Positions 50,510 to 59,225 of a DNA stretch of 64,000 nt are shown piece by piece; the first letter of the stretch is position 1, and each line of letters begins with the position of its first letter. Under the pieces are notes generated by a model. The model was not told the DNA's origin, ran no database searches, and saw only the letters and a list, made by a program, of their open reading frames with translations. The stretch comes from Bacteroidota bacterium (GTDB lineage Bacteria > Bacteroidota > Bacteroidia > Chitinophagales > BACL12): contig JANMLV010000034.1 in the NCBI GenBank assembly GCA_031372705.1, forward strand, positions 16,948 through 80,947, given 5' to 3'. Position numbers and translations under genes: made by a program.

Positions 50510-52705
50510 ATGAATGTGAATAAATTAATACTCTTTAGTTTACTGGTAGCATCAACTACAGTTGTAATGGCTCAGGACCCTTGGGTTTATGCCAAAGAGG
50601 CTACAGACGTTTGGCCCGGTGCAGATGCAAAAGCTGCATTAGTGTTGGATGACGGTATATTAACTGTTGGAGAAATGGGCTTGCTCGACATCATGGAAGG
50701 CGAGGTGTTAATGGTTAAAACCGACATGAGTGGAGCTGTGCTTTGGGAACAATCGCACGATAAACCGGGCGCATTGGAAGTTGTAAACCGAATTACAGCT
50801 GTACCTTCAGATGGTGGCTTTTTGGTTGCAACCATGTTGATTGACGGATACAGGCCTTGGTTTTTTAAAACCGACGCTGAAGGTAATATGCTATGGGAAA
50901 GTGCTGCTTGGTCCGATTTATTAGGTGAGAACACCGCTTCACAAACACTTGCTTATCAATTACCAACCGGCGATATTGCCTGCGTTGTTGCAAATGACGT
51001 TTTTCGTCAGATAAATATTTATACAGTTGATAATTCAACAGGGGATTTAATTTCTACTACCACACATACATTTGAAGATATTATTGGCATGTCACTTTTT
51101 TCTGCCAGCACATCAGATATTGTAAATACTGCAGACGGCGGATTTCTTTTTGCAAGCAGATTTGGCGTAACTGATTCATTTGCCAATATGTTAATTGAAA
51201 TTGATGAAACGTTAGCTTTAGCAAGTACATCAAATATAGGCTTGGCAACAGATAATTTTTTCTCTGCCCAAATAGCATTAAGAGCCGATGGCAGTTTAAT
51301 TATTACCGGCGCTAAAAATGTTGGATTTTTTGGTGATGTATTTCAAGCATCGATTGCCATTTTTGGAACGGATTATAATTTTATAAATTATGCCTCACCA
51401 ATCGGCGATTTATTTAATTCAACGCTTGGCGAAATTGCGCAAACACCATCCGGCAATTATAAATTAATTAGATATAATTATGATGGCGTTTCGTTTGACC
51501 CGGCAACCGGCGATTATTTGGAAATAGTAAGCATGAATGCCGCATTTGTTGAAACCGATTCCGCCATAATTAATTATGCACCATATAATTTACTTACGTT
51601 TATTACAGCCGTTTCCGACGAACAATATATAACCGGAGGAATGGCATGGGTTATTGGTGAGCCAAATTATTATTTAGTTGTTGCTTCAGGAGCCGGTGGT
51701 GCATTGCCTGCATGTATTTTTAATTGTGTTTGGCCCGGCGATGCCGATAACAGTGGAGTTGCCGATATGGACGATATTTTGGCAATTGGCTTGGGATACG
51801 GTAATACCGGTGACGTGCGCGACGATATGAGCATCGATTGGTATGCGCATTTCACCAATGAATGGGCAACGGCTTTACCATCGGGCGTAAATAATAAGTA
51901 CACCGATTGCAACGGCGACGGAATAATTAATGAAGCTGACACTACAGCAGTTAGTAATAATTTTTCGTTGGAGCACGCTGTTTATTCATTAAAAACAGCA
52001 GCAGGAGAAGTGCCATTAATTTTTGCACCGATTGCACCATTGGTAATTGGAGAAAATGCAGTGCCAATTTTATTGGGAAACGAAACAGATTTTGTCGATG
52101 CACTTTACGGCTTGCGATTTACAGCATTTGCCGAAGGCGAAAGTATTGATGCAACAACGGTGAAAGTTAAATTCAACGATTCATTTATTGGAGATGCATT
52201 AGATTTATTATCACTCTCTAAAACAATAAATGATATACCTGCTGCAGCAGGAGCAGTTGCAAAAACAGATCATGTTAATGCAACCGGTTACGGCGAAATT
52301 GGAACCTTAAATTTTGTTGTAATAGATAATATTGCAGGAAAGGTAGAAGGCTCGCCGGTGAGTTTGCGTTTTGAAAATATAAGAGCGATAGATGTAAACG
52401 AAAATGAAATCAGCATTGCACCAAGTGATTTATCGCTTGAATCGCCAACTGAAATAGTTAATAGTAATTCAACATCAATTCATCTTTATCCAAATCCGGT
52501 AACAACCAACGAAATTTTTATTGTTTCAGAAAATGCAATTGAATCGATTGAGCTGTTTAATATGTATGGAGAATCGGTTTACAGCAGAGGTAATATCTCC
52601 ACAACAAAAATTACGTTACCCGATTTGGCAAACGGCCAGTATATGATAAATGTTCAAACAGCCATTGGAAGTGAGGCAATTATGATAAGTGTTTTGGGCC
52701 ATTAA
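50510..52705 (+). CDS. T9SS-sorted surface protein: propeller-like N-region, dockerin-like Ca-loop pair, cohesin-like domain, CTD (paralog 1)
   Basis: Signal peptide. Repeated xDGGF motifs. CIFNCVWPGDADNSGVADMDD ... DCNGDGIINEADTTAV (nt 51712-51965). Cohesin-like VPILLGNE...LYGLRFTAF...IGTLNFVVIDN. C-terminal LYPNPVTTNE... Confidence 0.6.
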   Translation: MNVNKLILFSLLVASTTVVMAQDPWVYAKEATDVWPGADAKAALVLDDGILTVGEMGLLDIMEGEVLMVKTDMSGAVLWEQSHDKPGALEVVNRITAVPSDGGFLVATMLIDGYRPWFFKTDAEGNMLWESAAWSDLLGENTASQTLAYQLPTGDIACVVANDVFRQINIYTVDNSTGDLISTTTHTFEDIIGMSLFSASTSDIVNTADGGFLFASRFGVTDSFANMLIEIDETLALASTSNIGLATDNFFSAQIALRADGSLIITGAKNVGFFGDVFQASIAIFGTDYNFINYASPIGDLFNSTLGEIAQTPSGNYKLIRYNYDGVSFDPATGDYLEIVSMNAAFVETDSAIINYAPYNLLTFITAVSDEQYITGGMAWVIGEPNYYLVVASGAGGALPACIFNCVWPGDADNSGVADMDDILAIGLGYGNTGDVRDDMSIDWYAHFTNEWATALPSGVNNKYTDCNGDGIINEADTTAVSNNFSLEHAVYSLKTAAGEVPLIFAPIAPLVIGENAVPILLGNETDFVDALYGLRFTAFAEGESIDATTVKVKFNDSFIGDALDLLSLSKTINDIPAAAGAVAKTDHVNATGYGEIGTLNFVVIDNIAGKVEGSPVSLRFENIRAIDVNENEISIAPSDLSLESPTEIVNSNSTSIHLYPNPVTTNEIFIVSENAIESIELFNMYGESVYSRGNISTTKITLPDLANGQYMINVQTAIGSEAIMISVLGH

Positions 52706-52750
52706 TTTGGGATAGAATTTAATCAAAAATCTATAAATGGAAAATAATTC

Positions 52751-52793
52751 ACATCTTAATATGTTGATATTCAGCATATTAAGATGTTTTTTT
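52751..52793 (+). terminator. rho-independent terminator after paralog 1
   Basis: Perfect 13-bp stem ACATCTTAATATG (52751-52763) pairing with CATATTAAGATGT (52775-52787), followed by a T-run. Confidence 0.75.
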
Positions 52794-52897
52794 GTTTATT
52801 TTTACGCTATATGAGCGTTTTTATGTTCTTTTAATTAGCTTTGGGGTGGTAGATATTTGTATCCGTAAAATTGTCTCAGATACTAAACCAAGAGATT

Positions 52898-55087
52898 ATG
52901 AAAAAACTATTTACTCCTTTAGCCGTATTCCTCGCGGCTTTTACTATTACAACAAGTGCATTTGCGCAAAGTTGGGGTTTTGCCACAGTAGGAAACTGGG
53001 CATATGATGTTGAACAAGGTCCCGATGGGGATTATTGGGCTGCCGGTTATGGTGGAAACTTGGCTGATTGGTCGGATGTTTCTTCTAGTTATATTGTAAA
53101 ATTAGATGCAAATGGTGAAAAAATATGGGGTGGAGCTCCGGCAGGATTGCCATGGATTTATGCATATGCAACCAGCGTTTTGCCAACTGAAGATGGTGGT
53201 GCAGCAGTTTATGTAGCTGCTGAAGGTTTTTCACCTGAAATGTATAAGGTAGATGCAGATGGCGCTTTAGAATGGCTTTCTGACTCATGGGATGGCGATG
53301 CTTTCTTTTATGGCGGACAGGCTGTGCAATTAACAGATGGTAGATTTGTAATTGGTGGATTAACTGATTTTCAACATTCATTTTATGAAGTTGATGAGGC
53401 AGGTAATTTATTGTCTACATGGCAAGTTGCACCTGATACAGGAGCTGCTTGGTTATGGAGTTATTTTGATTACAAAGAGACAGGAATTACTGCAACCGCT
53501 GATGGTGGATTTGCATATTCTACTGGTAATGCAGGAAATAAAATAGTATATAAATACAATAGTGCGCTAGAACTTGAATGGTCATCATATTTACCATGGG
53601 GAATTTCATGGGAATATGGCTATCAAAATGGTTTAAAAACTACTTCAGATGGAGGTTTATTACTTTCAGGCTCGGGAGCAACTGACTTAGGTGTATATAA
53701 TGGAACTGTAAGGAAATTGGCTGCTGACGGAACGCTAGAGTGGTTTCAAGCGCTTAATCATGGTTCTGCTTGGGAAGAAGGTGCTTGGGGCGTTGAACTG
53801 GGCGGTGGTAATTTTATAGTGTTCACTCAAGATGGTGGTGAAAGCAGTGTATACGGTTGGGTGCTTGATGCCACAACAGGTGCAGAAATTGACGCTGTTT
53901 TTATTCCCGTAATGGGTGCTATTGGGGGATTCTCTGAAACAGGAATGGAAGTTTTTGATGTTGAATCAACTTCCGATGGTGGGTATTTAATTGCCGGTCG
54001 CCAATGGTTAGAAGATTTTGATCAACGTTTTACAGTAATTAAATCAAATGCTGATGGCACTTTTGATGATTGTATTTTCAATTGTGTTTGGCCCGGTGAT
54101 GCAAACAATGATGGTTATGCAGATGGAAGCGATTTGTTTGAAATAGGTATTAATTATGGCGCAACAGGAACACCACGTGCCGATATGACAATCGACTGGG
54201 ACGGTAAATTAGCGCAAGCTTGGATGGAACCGGATTCCGTTTATTGGTATATAATTAATGATTTAAAATGGACAGATTGTGATGGTAACGGAACAATTAA
54301 CGATGAGGATACCACAGCAGTAATTAATAATTTAGGACTTGATCATCCTTTAAACACACTTCGTTTAGAAGGTGGTGAAGCACCATTATATTTTGCACCT
54401 GGTGCAGATATGCTTAGCATTGGTTTAAATGAAATTCCTATCATGTTGGGTGATGAAATTACAGGTGTTGAAGATATTTATGGTTTAACATTTACAATAA
54501 ATGTTGATGCAGATGTAATTGATGCTGCAAGCTTAAAAATAAATTTTGATGATTCATGGATAGGTAACGTTGGTGAAACATTGCGTTTGAGTAAAACATT
54601 TGGTGATACCAAACAAGTTGTTGGAACCATAGTTAGAAAAGATCGCGAAAACATTTCAGGTGATGGACAAATTGGTACATTAAGTATTGTAGTAGTAGAC
54701 AATATTTCCGGAAAAACAGATGCTGAAGAAGTTGAAATAAGCTTCAGTGGTGTTACTGCAATTAAAATAGACAGAGAAGTAATTCCGGTTGCGGCTGAAA
54801 CACTTACAATTTCTGCAGAGGAAAATACTTATGTTGAAAATTCAGCAATTGAAGCAATAACAGTATATCCTAATCCTGCAAATGAAGTTATTTATGTTGA
54901 CAATACAACAGGTGAACAAATTGTAAGTATATCCATTACCGATATTACAGGAAAGTTGATATATGAAAATAATAATCCTTCCGAATTAAACAATGTTATT
55001 GATATCAGCACATTGTCGCCGGGTAATTATATTATGGAAATTAACAACGGGAAGTCTGTAGTTTCCCAATCAATTTCAGTTCAGTAG
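52898..55087 (+). CDS. T9SS-sorted surface protein with the same architecture (paralog 2)
   Basis: ATG at 52898 gives a signal peptide MKKLFTPLAVFLAAFTITTSAFAQ. CIFNCVWPGDANNDGYADGSD ... DCDGNGTINDEDTTAV (nt 54069-54340). Cohesin-like IPIMLGDE...IYGLTFTI...IGTLSIVVVDN. C-terminal VYPNPANEV... Confidence 0.6.
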   Translation: MKKLFTPLAVFLAAFTITTSAFAQSWGFATVGNWAYDVEQGPDGDYWAAGYGGNLADWSDVSSSYIVKLDANGEKIWGGAPAGLPWIYAYATSVLPTEDGGAAVYVAAEGFSPEMYKVDADGALEWLSDSWDGDAFFYGGQAVQLTDGRFVIGGLTDFQHSFYEVDEAGNLLSTWQVAPDTGAAWLWSYFDYKETGITATADGGFAYSTGNAGNKIVYKYNSALELEWSSYLPWGISWEYGYQNGLKTTSDGGLLLSGSGATDLGVYNGTVRKLAADGTLEWFQALNHGSAWEEGAWGVELGGGNFIVFTQDGGESSVYGWVLDATTGAEIDAVFIPVMGAIGGFSETGMEVFDVESTSDGGYLIAGRQWLEDFDQRFTVIKSNADGTFDDCIFNCVWPGDANNDGYADGSDLFEIGINYGATGTPRADMTIDWDGKLAQAWMEPDSVYWYIINDLKWTDCDGNGTINDEDTTAVINNLGLDHPLNTLRLEGGEAPLYFAPGADMLSIGLNEIPIMLGDEITGVEDIYGLTFTINVDADVIDAASLKINFDDSWIGNVGETLRLSKTFGDTKQVVGTIVRKDRENISGDGQIGTLSIVVVDNISGKTDAEEVEISFSGVTAIKIDREVIPVAAETLTISAEENTYVENSAIEAITVYPNPANEVIYVDNTTGEQIVSISITDITGKLIYENNNPSELNNVIDISTLSPGNYIMEINNGKSVVSQSISVQ

Positions 55088-55110
55088 TGGGATTGAATGC
55101 TTAGTCACAG

Positions 55111-55142
55111 AAACCGCGTCAGCTCCTCGACGCGGTTTTTTT
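55111..55142 (+). terminator. rho-independent terminator after paralog 2
   Basis: AAACCGCGTC (55111-55120), loop AGCTCCTC, GACGCGGTTT (55129-55138), then a T-run to 55142. Confidence 0.8.
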
Positions 55143-55396
55143 GTGGGAAAAAGTGAAATATAACAATTATTTTTTAATGATTTTTCCGCAATAATTCCGT
55201 TAAAAGGCCTGTTTTTTATAGTGTAAAAGTCTGTAAATCAATTAGTTATATCATTTTAGCATCTAAAAGTGGTCAAATAAATCGATTTTTCTGTCTTATG
55301 AATGTTTTATAGATATGTAGAATTTTATACCTGTAAGTAATGAGTCTACTTATAAGTGTTTAGTTAATTCTTCTTAGTTCTCATATTAGAGTCGCG

Positions 55397-55428
55397 AACC
55401 GCATCAGCTCCTCGATGCGGTTTTTTTT
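55397..55428 (+). terminator. orphan terminator-like hairpin, a diverged copy of 55111-55142
   Basis: AACCGCATC, identical loop AGCTCCTC, GATGCGGTT, then T8. No ORF of 60 aa or more lies between the two hairpins. Confidence 0.6.
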
Positions 55429-55549
55429 ATGTACATATTTGATAGCTAAACTAACACGTGCCAATTTATAATAGTGATTTGGCATTCAAAATGAGTTTGA
55501 TTTTTATAATCAAAAATACCTGACAACTTTATTGCTTATTTTTATCGTT

Positions 55550-56011
55550 ATGACAGAATTATTTTCTTTTAAAAGTACCTTGCATCAACAATTATTAAAT
55601 GGCATAAATGAGAAAATAGCATCATTCGAAACTGCTTTGGAGGCACTTCGAGAAAGTATAAGTAATGAAACCAAAAGTACAGCCGGTGATAAATATGAAA
55701 CAGCCAGAGCAATGTTACATATCGAACAAGAAAATGTGGGACGCCAACTTGCAAATGCACATAAACAGCGAAATGAATTGTTGGCGATTGAACAAGTAGG
55801 AAGTACTGCCAGGGTTATTCCGGGCAGTTTGGTGCGCACTAATAATGGTTTTTTTTATATTTCTATCGGACATGGAAAAATGATGATAGCAAATAATGTA
55901 TTTATTGCGCTCTCTGCAATTTCGCCATTGGGAAAAGTGCTGTTAGGTTCCGCAATAAATGAAGTAGTAACTTTTAATGCAATTCAATATTTAATTATAG
56001 AAATAGCATAA
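55550..56011 (+). CDS. GreA/GreB-like C-terminal-domain protein with coiled-coil N-terminus
   Basis: AGDKYETARAMLHIEQENVGRQL coiled-coil region followed by a small beta domain (VIPGSLVRTNNGFFYIS...SPLGKVLLG). ATG at 55550. Confidence 0.5.
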   Translation: MTELFSFKSTLHQQLLNGINEKIASFETALEALRESISNETKSTAGDKYETARAMLHIEQENVGRQLANAHKQRNELLAIEQVGSTARVIPGSLVRTNNGFFYISIGHGKMMIANNVFIALSAISPLGKVLLGSAINEVVTFNAIQYLIIEIA

Positions 56012-56014
56012 AAA

Positions 56015-56040
56015 AAACCGCAGTAAGGTTACTGCGGTTT
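56015..56040. terminator. bidirectional terminator hairpin
   Basis: AAACCGCAGTA, loop AGGT, TACTGCGGTTT, preceded by A8. It lies between convergent genes. Confidence 0.7.
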
Positions 56041-56055
56041 ATGTGTTGTAATAAT

Positions 56056-57303
56056 TTAAATTTTTGAAAGCGATCGTTCAATATCATAAATTAAATCTTC
56101 ATAGTATTCTACCCCTACGCTAATTCTAACTAGTTTTTCAGAAATACCAAGTTTGTCTTTTTCCGTTTGAGAAACATCAGCGTGCGTCATAGTTGCAGGA
56201 TGTTCTGCCAGCGATTCGGTGCTGCCAAGCGAAACAGCTAATTTAATAAGCTGCAAATTATTTAAGAATAAAAACGCTTCCTTTTCACCACCAACAACAT
56301 CGAAACTTAACATAGCTCCCGGCGAAAGATATTGGTTTCGGTAAATAGCGTACTGCCCACTTCCTTCCTCAATAAATCCGAGATAATAAACCTTTTCAAC
56401 TTTAGGATGCTCCCTTAAAAATTCTGCAACTTTAATTGCGTTTTGTGCTTGAAGTTCCATTCTTGGTTTTAGTGTTTCTAAACTGCGCAATAATAACCAG
56501 CCCGTCCAAGGACTCATCATATTACCCATAAAAGTGCGCATGGTTTTAATACGTGTCATTAATTGATTATTACCAAGAACAGCGCCGGCAATTACATCGC
56601 TGTGCCCACCAATGTATTTAGTTGCTGAATATATCACCAAATCGGCACCATGTTTTAATGGATGACTCCAAAGGGGTCCCATATACGTATTATCAACTGC
56701 TACATAAACCGGTTTTTCAGGTGCAGTAAATTTATCGGCAATGCGCTTACACATTTTAATATCGATAAGTGCATTGGTGGGATTAGCAGGTGTTTCAATA
56801 TAAATCAGCCCAAGATTTTTAGCACCTTTTGCGCGAATTATATTTTCGATATCTGCTTCACTATCGCCCGCATCAAACGATGCACTTTCGATACCCCATT
56901 GAGGAAGTACATGCTTTATAAAATGGTCGGTTCCACCGTATAGTGGAGAGCTAAATAACACAAATGAACCCGGCTTTAAAAATTCTAATAAAACTGTCGA
57001 AATAGCACTCATTCCGCTCGAAAAAACGGCACATGCTTCAGCGCCATCCCATAATGTAAGCCTGTTTTCAAGTACTTCAAGGTCGGGATTGTTTAAACGA
57101 GAGTAAATTAATCCTTGTTCTTCACCCGGTAATTGTTCGCTCAAGCCGTAAGCCACTTGGAAAAAACGTTTTCCGGCTTCTGCATTTTTAAAAACGAACG
57201 TTGATGTTTGAAATATCGGGCATTTTATAGCGCCTTCGCTAAGTTCCGGCTTATAGCCAAAGCTCATCATTAAGCTTTCCGGACGAAATTGATGATTTTC
57301 CAT
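56056..57303 (-). CDS. Cys/Met-metabolism PLP-dependent enzyme (cystathionine gamma-synthase / methionine gamma-lyase family)
   Basis: YSATKYIGGHSDVIAG PLP-lysine motif, NPTN and DNTY motifs, 415 aa. Confidence 0.8.
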   Translation of the reverse strand: MENHQFRPESLMMSFGYKPELSEGAIKCPIFQTSTFVFKNAEAGKRFFQVAYGLSEQLPGEEQGLIYSRLNNPDLEVLENRLTLWDGAEACAVFSSGMSAISTVLLEFLKPGSFVLFSSPLYGGTDHFIKHVLPQWGIESASFDAGDSEADIENIIRAKGAKNLGLIYIETPANPTNALIDIKMCKRIADKFTAPEKPVYVAVDNTYMGPLWSHPLKHGADLVIYSATKYIGGHSDVIAGAVLGNNQLMTRIKTMRTFMGNMMSPWTGWLLLRSLETLKPRMELQAQNAIKVAEFLREHPKVEKVYYLGFIEEGSGQYAIYRNQYLSPGAMLSFDVVGGEKEAFLFLNNLQLIKLAVSLGSTESLAEHPATMTHADVSQTEKDKLGISEKLVRISVGVEYYEDLIYDIERSLSKI

Positions 57304-57378
57304 TTTAGATGTTTGCGCAAAAGTAGAATTATTAATTGGCGCATGCAGTGATTTTTGTTACAAGATTGAAAATAAAAA

Positions 57379-57407
57379 AGCGAAAGCAATTTAAAACTGC
57401 TTTCGCT
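57379..57407 (-). terminator. rho-independent terminator of the caspase cassette
   Basis: AGCGAAAGCA (57379-57388) pairs with TGCTTTCGCT (57398-57407). The adjacent plus-strand A-run gives a T-run after the hairpin on the minus strand. Confidence 0.7.
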
Positions 57408-57431
57408 AACCAAATATGTTTTGTGAAATTA

Positions 57432-58118
57432 TTATTTACATTTTTTTACATTCAAACTTAACTCATCGCTAAATGGATTTGGTCCGTTTGTTTTGTGTGT
57501 GGCATCAACACAAAGACCTTTATTAATGGCTGCAAGACAAATTGCAACTAATGCACCGGTTGTGGCAAGTGCAATTACACCAATAACAATTGCAACGGTA
57601 ACGGCAATCGTGATGGTTACCGGTTCTCTGTCTTTATACTCAACTCCTTTAGCGAATGACTTGTAACGTGCTTGCACATCTTTGTCTTTTCGGTTGCGCA
57701 ATAAATTGCCGATACGAGCAGCCTCTGCCCCACGAATAACCAAACGGAAGCGAACGCCCTGTTCCAAAGCCTCGAATGCTCTTCGGTCCCAATTTGGAGA
57801 ACCAACTGCAATTGCAATTTCATTTGTTGTTCCTTCAATTGCAGCAAATGCGCGAATTTGGTAATCCACTTTTCCAAAAGCCATATAATTCCATTTAATT
57901 TTAAATGTAACACGACCTTTATCGCCGGGTTTAGGCGCTTGGATTACTGTTGCACCGGCAAGAAAACTGTGATTGTCGAATGCAAAGCGACTGAATTTTT
58001 TACCGGCAGGAATACGCACTGTGTAAGTGTCAATACCGTTTTTCCAAGTAGGAATTGGACCAAATCCATCTGTATCAGCATGGGTTTTGGCTTTGTTTAA
58101 AATTGTTGTTTCTGACAT
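57432..58118 (-). CDS. hypothetical tail-anchored membrane protein (caspase-associated), no recognised family
   Basis: 228 aa with no signal peptide. Beta-rich N-domain (about residues 1-100), helical segment, Lys/Arg-rich linker LLRNRKDKDVQARYKSFAKGVEYKDREP, a 32-residue hydrophobic stretch VTITIAVTVAIVIGVIALATTGALVAICLAAI (nt 57525-57620), and a 30-aa tail with 2 Cys. Confidence 0.6.
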   Translation of the reverse strand: MSETTILNKAKTHADTDGFGPIPTWKNGIDTYTVRIPAGKKFSRFAFDNHSFLAGATVIQAPKPGDKGRVTFKIKWNYMAFGKVDYQIRAFAAIEGTTNEIAIAVGSPNWDRRAFEALEQGVRFRLVIRGAEAARIGNLLRNRKDKDVQARYKSFAKGVEYKDREPVTITIAVTVAIVIGVIALATTGALVAICLAAINKGLCVDATHKTNGPNPFSDELSLNVKKCK

Positions 58119-58153
58119 GTTTTTGATTTTTTAATTGTGATTTAATTTGTGAA

Positions 58154-59083
58154 TTATTTTTTAGTAATTAATTTTTGCTGAGGGATATGTTTTTTTACCA
58201 CATTTGTTTTTGCTTTACGTTTTGCTTTTGTAGGTTTTCTTTGAGGTGAAATTGTTTTAGCAGATAAAAACGCACCTTTAAGAACTTTGATATTACCTTC
58301 CGATTGCGGAACTTGCGGAAAACCTTCTTTTAATAATCGACGACGCACTTCAATAACAATTTGTTGTAAACTCTTGCGATGTGTTTTTTCACTATTTAAT
58401 GTTTGTAATAAATGGTAAGTTAGTGCTCCGTTGTATCTACCATTAAAATATGCGTCGGCAGAAGTTTGATGTGAAGCGCAGCCACTTATTAATCCTACAT
58501 TAATATTTGAAACCGGTTTTGAAAATGCACGTGCATTGATGTGAGCAGCATTTGCAGTTTCTACTCTCCAGTTAATATCTGCAGGTGGAATTAAAAATCT
58601 TGCGCTGTTATTTGGCTCTTTTGCGACAAAACTTCTATTTTTTAATTGTCGCGTTAAGCCGCCTGAATGACAACTGTCTGAAACCCAAATAAAGGTTACA
58701 CCTTCAGGCACTTGACGAAATAAATTATTAAACTCGTTATCTGTTATAAAAGTGCTTACATCGTCCCAATTAAAATCAAATGGCACAACCGCTTCATCCA
58801 TTCCATCCACTTCGCCAATTTCGTCACGCGTAGCCAATTGTGTTCCGTGTCCGCTGTATTGGAAAAACAACCTATCGCCTTTTCTTGCGCCGGTAATTAA
58901 CCATTTTAAACGTTCCAAAATGTTGCGTTTAGTTGCACGTTCATCTACAAGTAATCTTATTTCTTGTTTTGAAAATGCACAGTGTTCCACTAAGTGCTTC
59001 GCCATGTCGGTGATGTCGTTAATGCATCCGTTTAAAGGAGCATCGGCATATTTATTTATACCAACTAATAATGCTTTGTTCAT
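58154..59083 (-). CDS. peptidase C14 caspase-family protein (orthocaspase/metacaspase-like), cytosolic
   Basis: ALLVGINKY, catalytic His in FFQYSGHGTQ (codon 58847-58849) and catalytic Cys in VSDSCHSGG (codon 58670-58672). p10-like SGCASHQTSADA...GALTYHL and a basic C-terminal tail. ATG at 59083; the track extension to 59173 would include the upstream terminator hairpin. Confidence 0.85.
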   Translation of the reverse strand: MNKALLVGINKYADAPLNGCINDITDMAKHLVEHCAFSKQEIRLLVDERATKRNILERLKWLITGARKGDRLFFQYSGHGTQLATRDEIGEVDGMDEAVVPFDFNWDDVSTFITDNEFNNLFRQVPEGVTFIWVSDSCHSGGLTRQLKNRSFVAKEPNNSARFLIPPADINWRVETANAAHINARAFSKPVSNINVGLISGCASHQTSADAYFNGRYNGALTYHLLQTLNSEKTHRKSLQQIVIEVRRRLLKEGFPQVPQSEGNIKVLKGAFLSAKTISPQRKPTKAKRKAKTNVVKKHIPQQKLITKK

Positions 59084-59173
59084 GTTTGTATTTTTTAATT
59101 GTTTAATTAATAACACAAAAATGTGGCAATAATAAAATTCGTGCAATAACCAATTATGGTGAATGCCAAGCAT

Positions 59174-59209
59174 AAAAAAAACCGAAACTTAATCGGTTTC
59201 GGTTTTTTT
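59174..59209 (-). terminator. rho-independent terminator after the response-regulator gene
   Basis: A8, CCGAAAC (59182-59188), loop TTAATCG, GTTTCGG (59196-59202), T-run. On the minus strand this reads as a hairpin plus U-run, 17 nt after the RR stop. Confidence 0.75.
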
Positions 59210-59225
59210 ATAAAGTGAAATAATT

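Noticed and set aside
57432-58118. The caspase-adjacent 228-aa protein (and the 209-aa protein at 61780-62409) as bacterial gasdermins.
   Set aside because: The protease-adjacent context is suggestive, but I see no sequence features I can recognise as gasdermin. The 228-aa protein has a classical C-terminal TM helix, which gasdermins lack. Treated as an unknown family instead; a structure search is needed.
59084-59173. The N-terminal extension of the caspase ORF in the six-frame track (MLGIHHNWLLHEFYYCHIF...).
   Set aside because: The extension reaches into the upstream terminator at 59174-59209 and would leave no room for a promoter. The conserved caspase N-terminus (MNKALLVGINKY) starts at ATG 59083. 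Similar non-ATG or extended starts were trimmed for the ORFs at 3318, 4122, 6252, 20375, 25556, 26938, 30276, 37920, 40418, 44828, 46864, 52871, 55532, 61759 and 63578.
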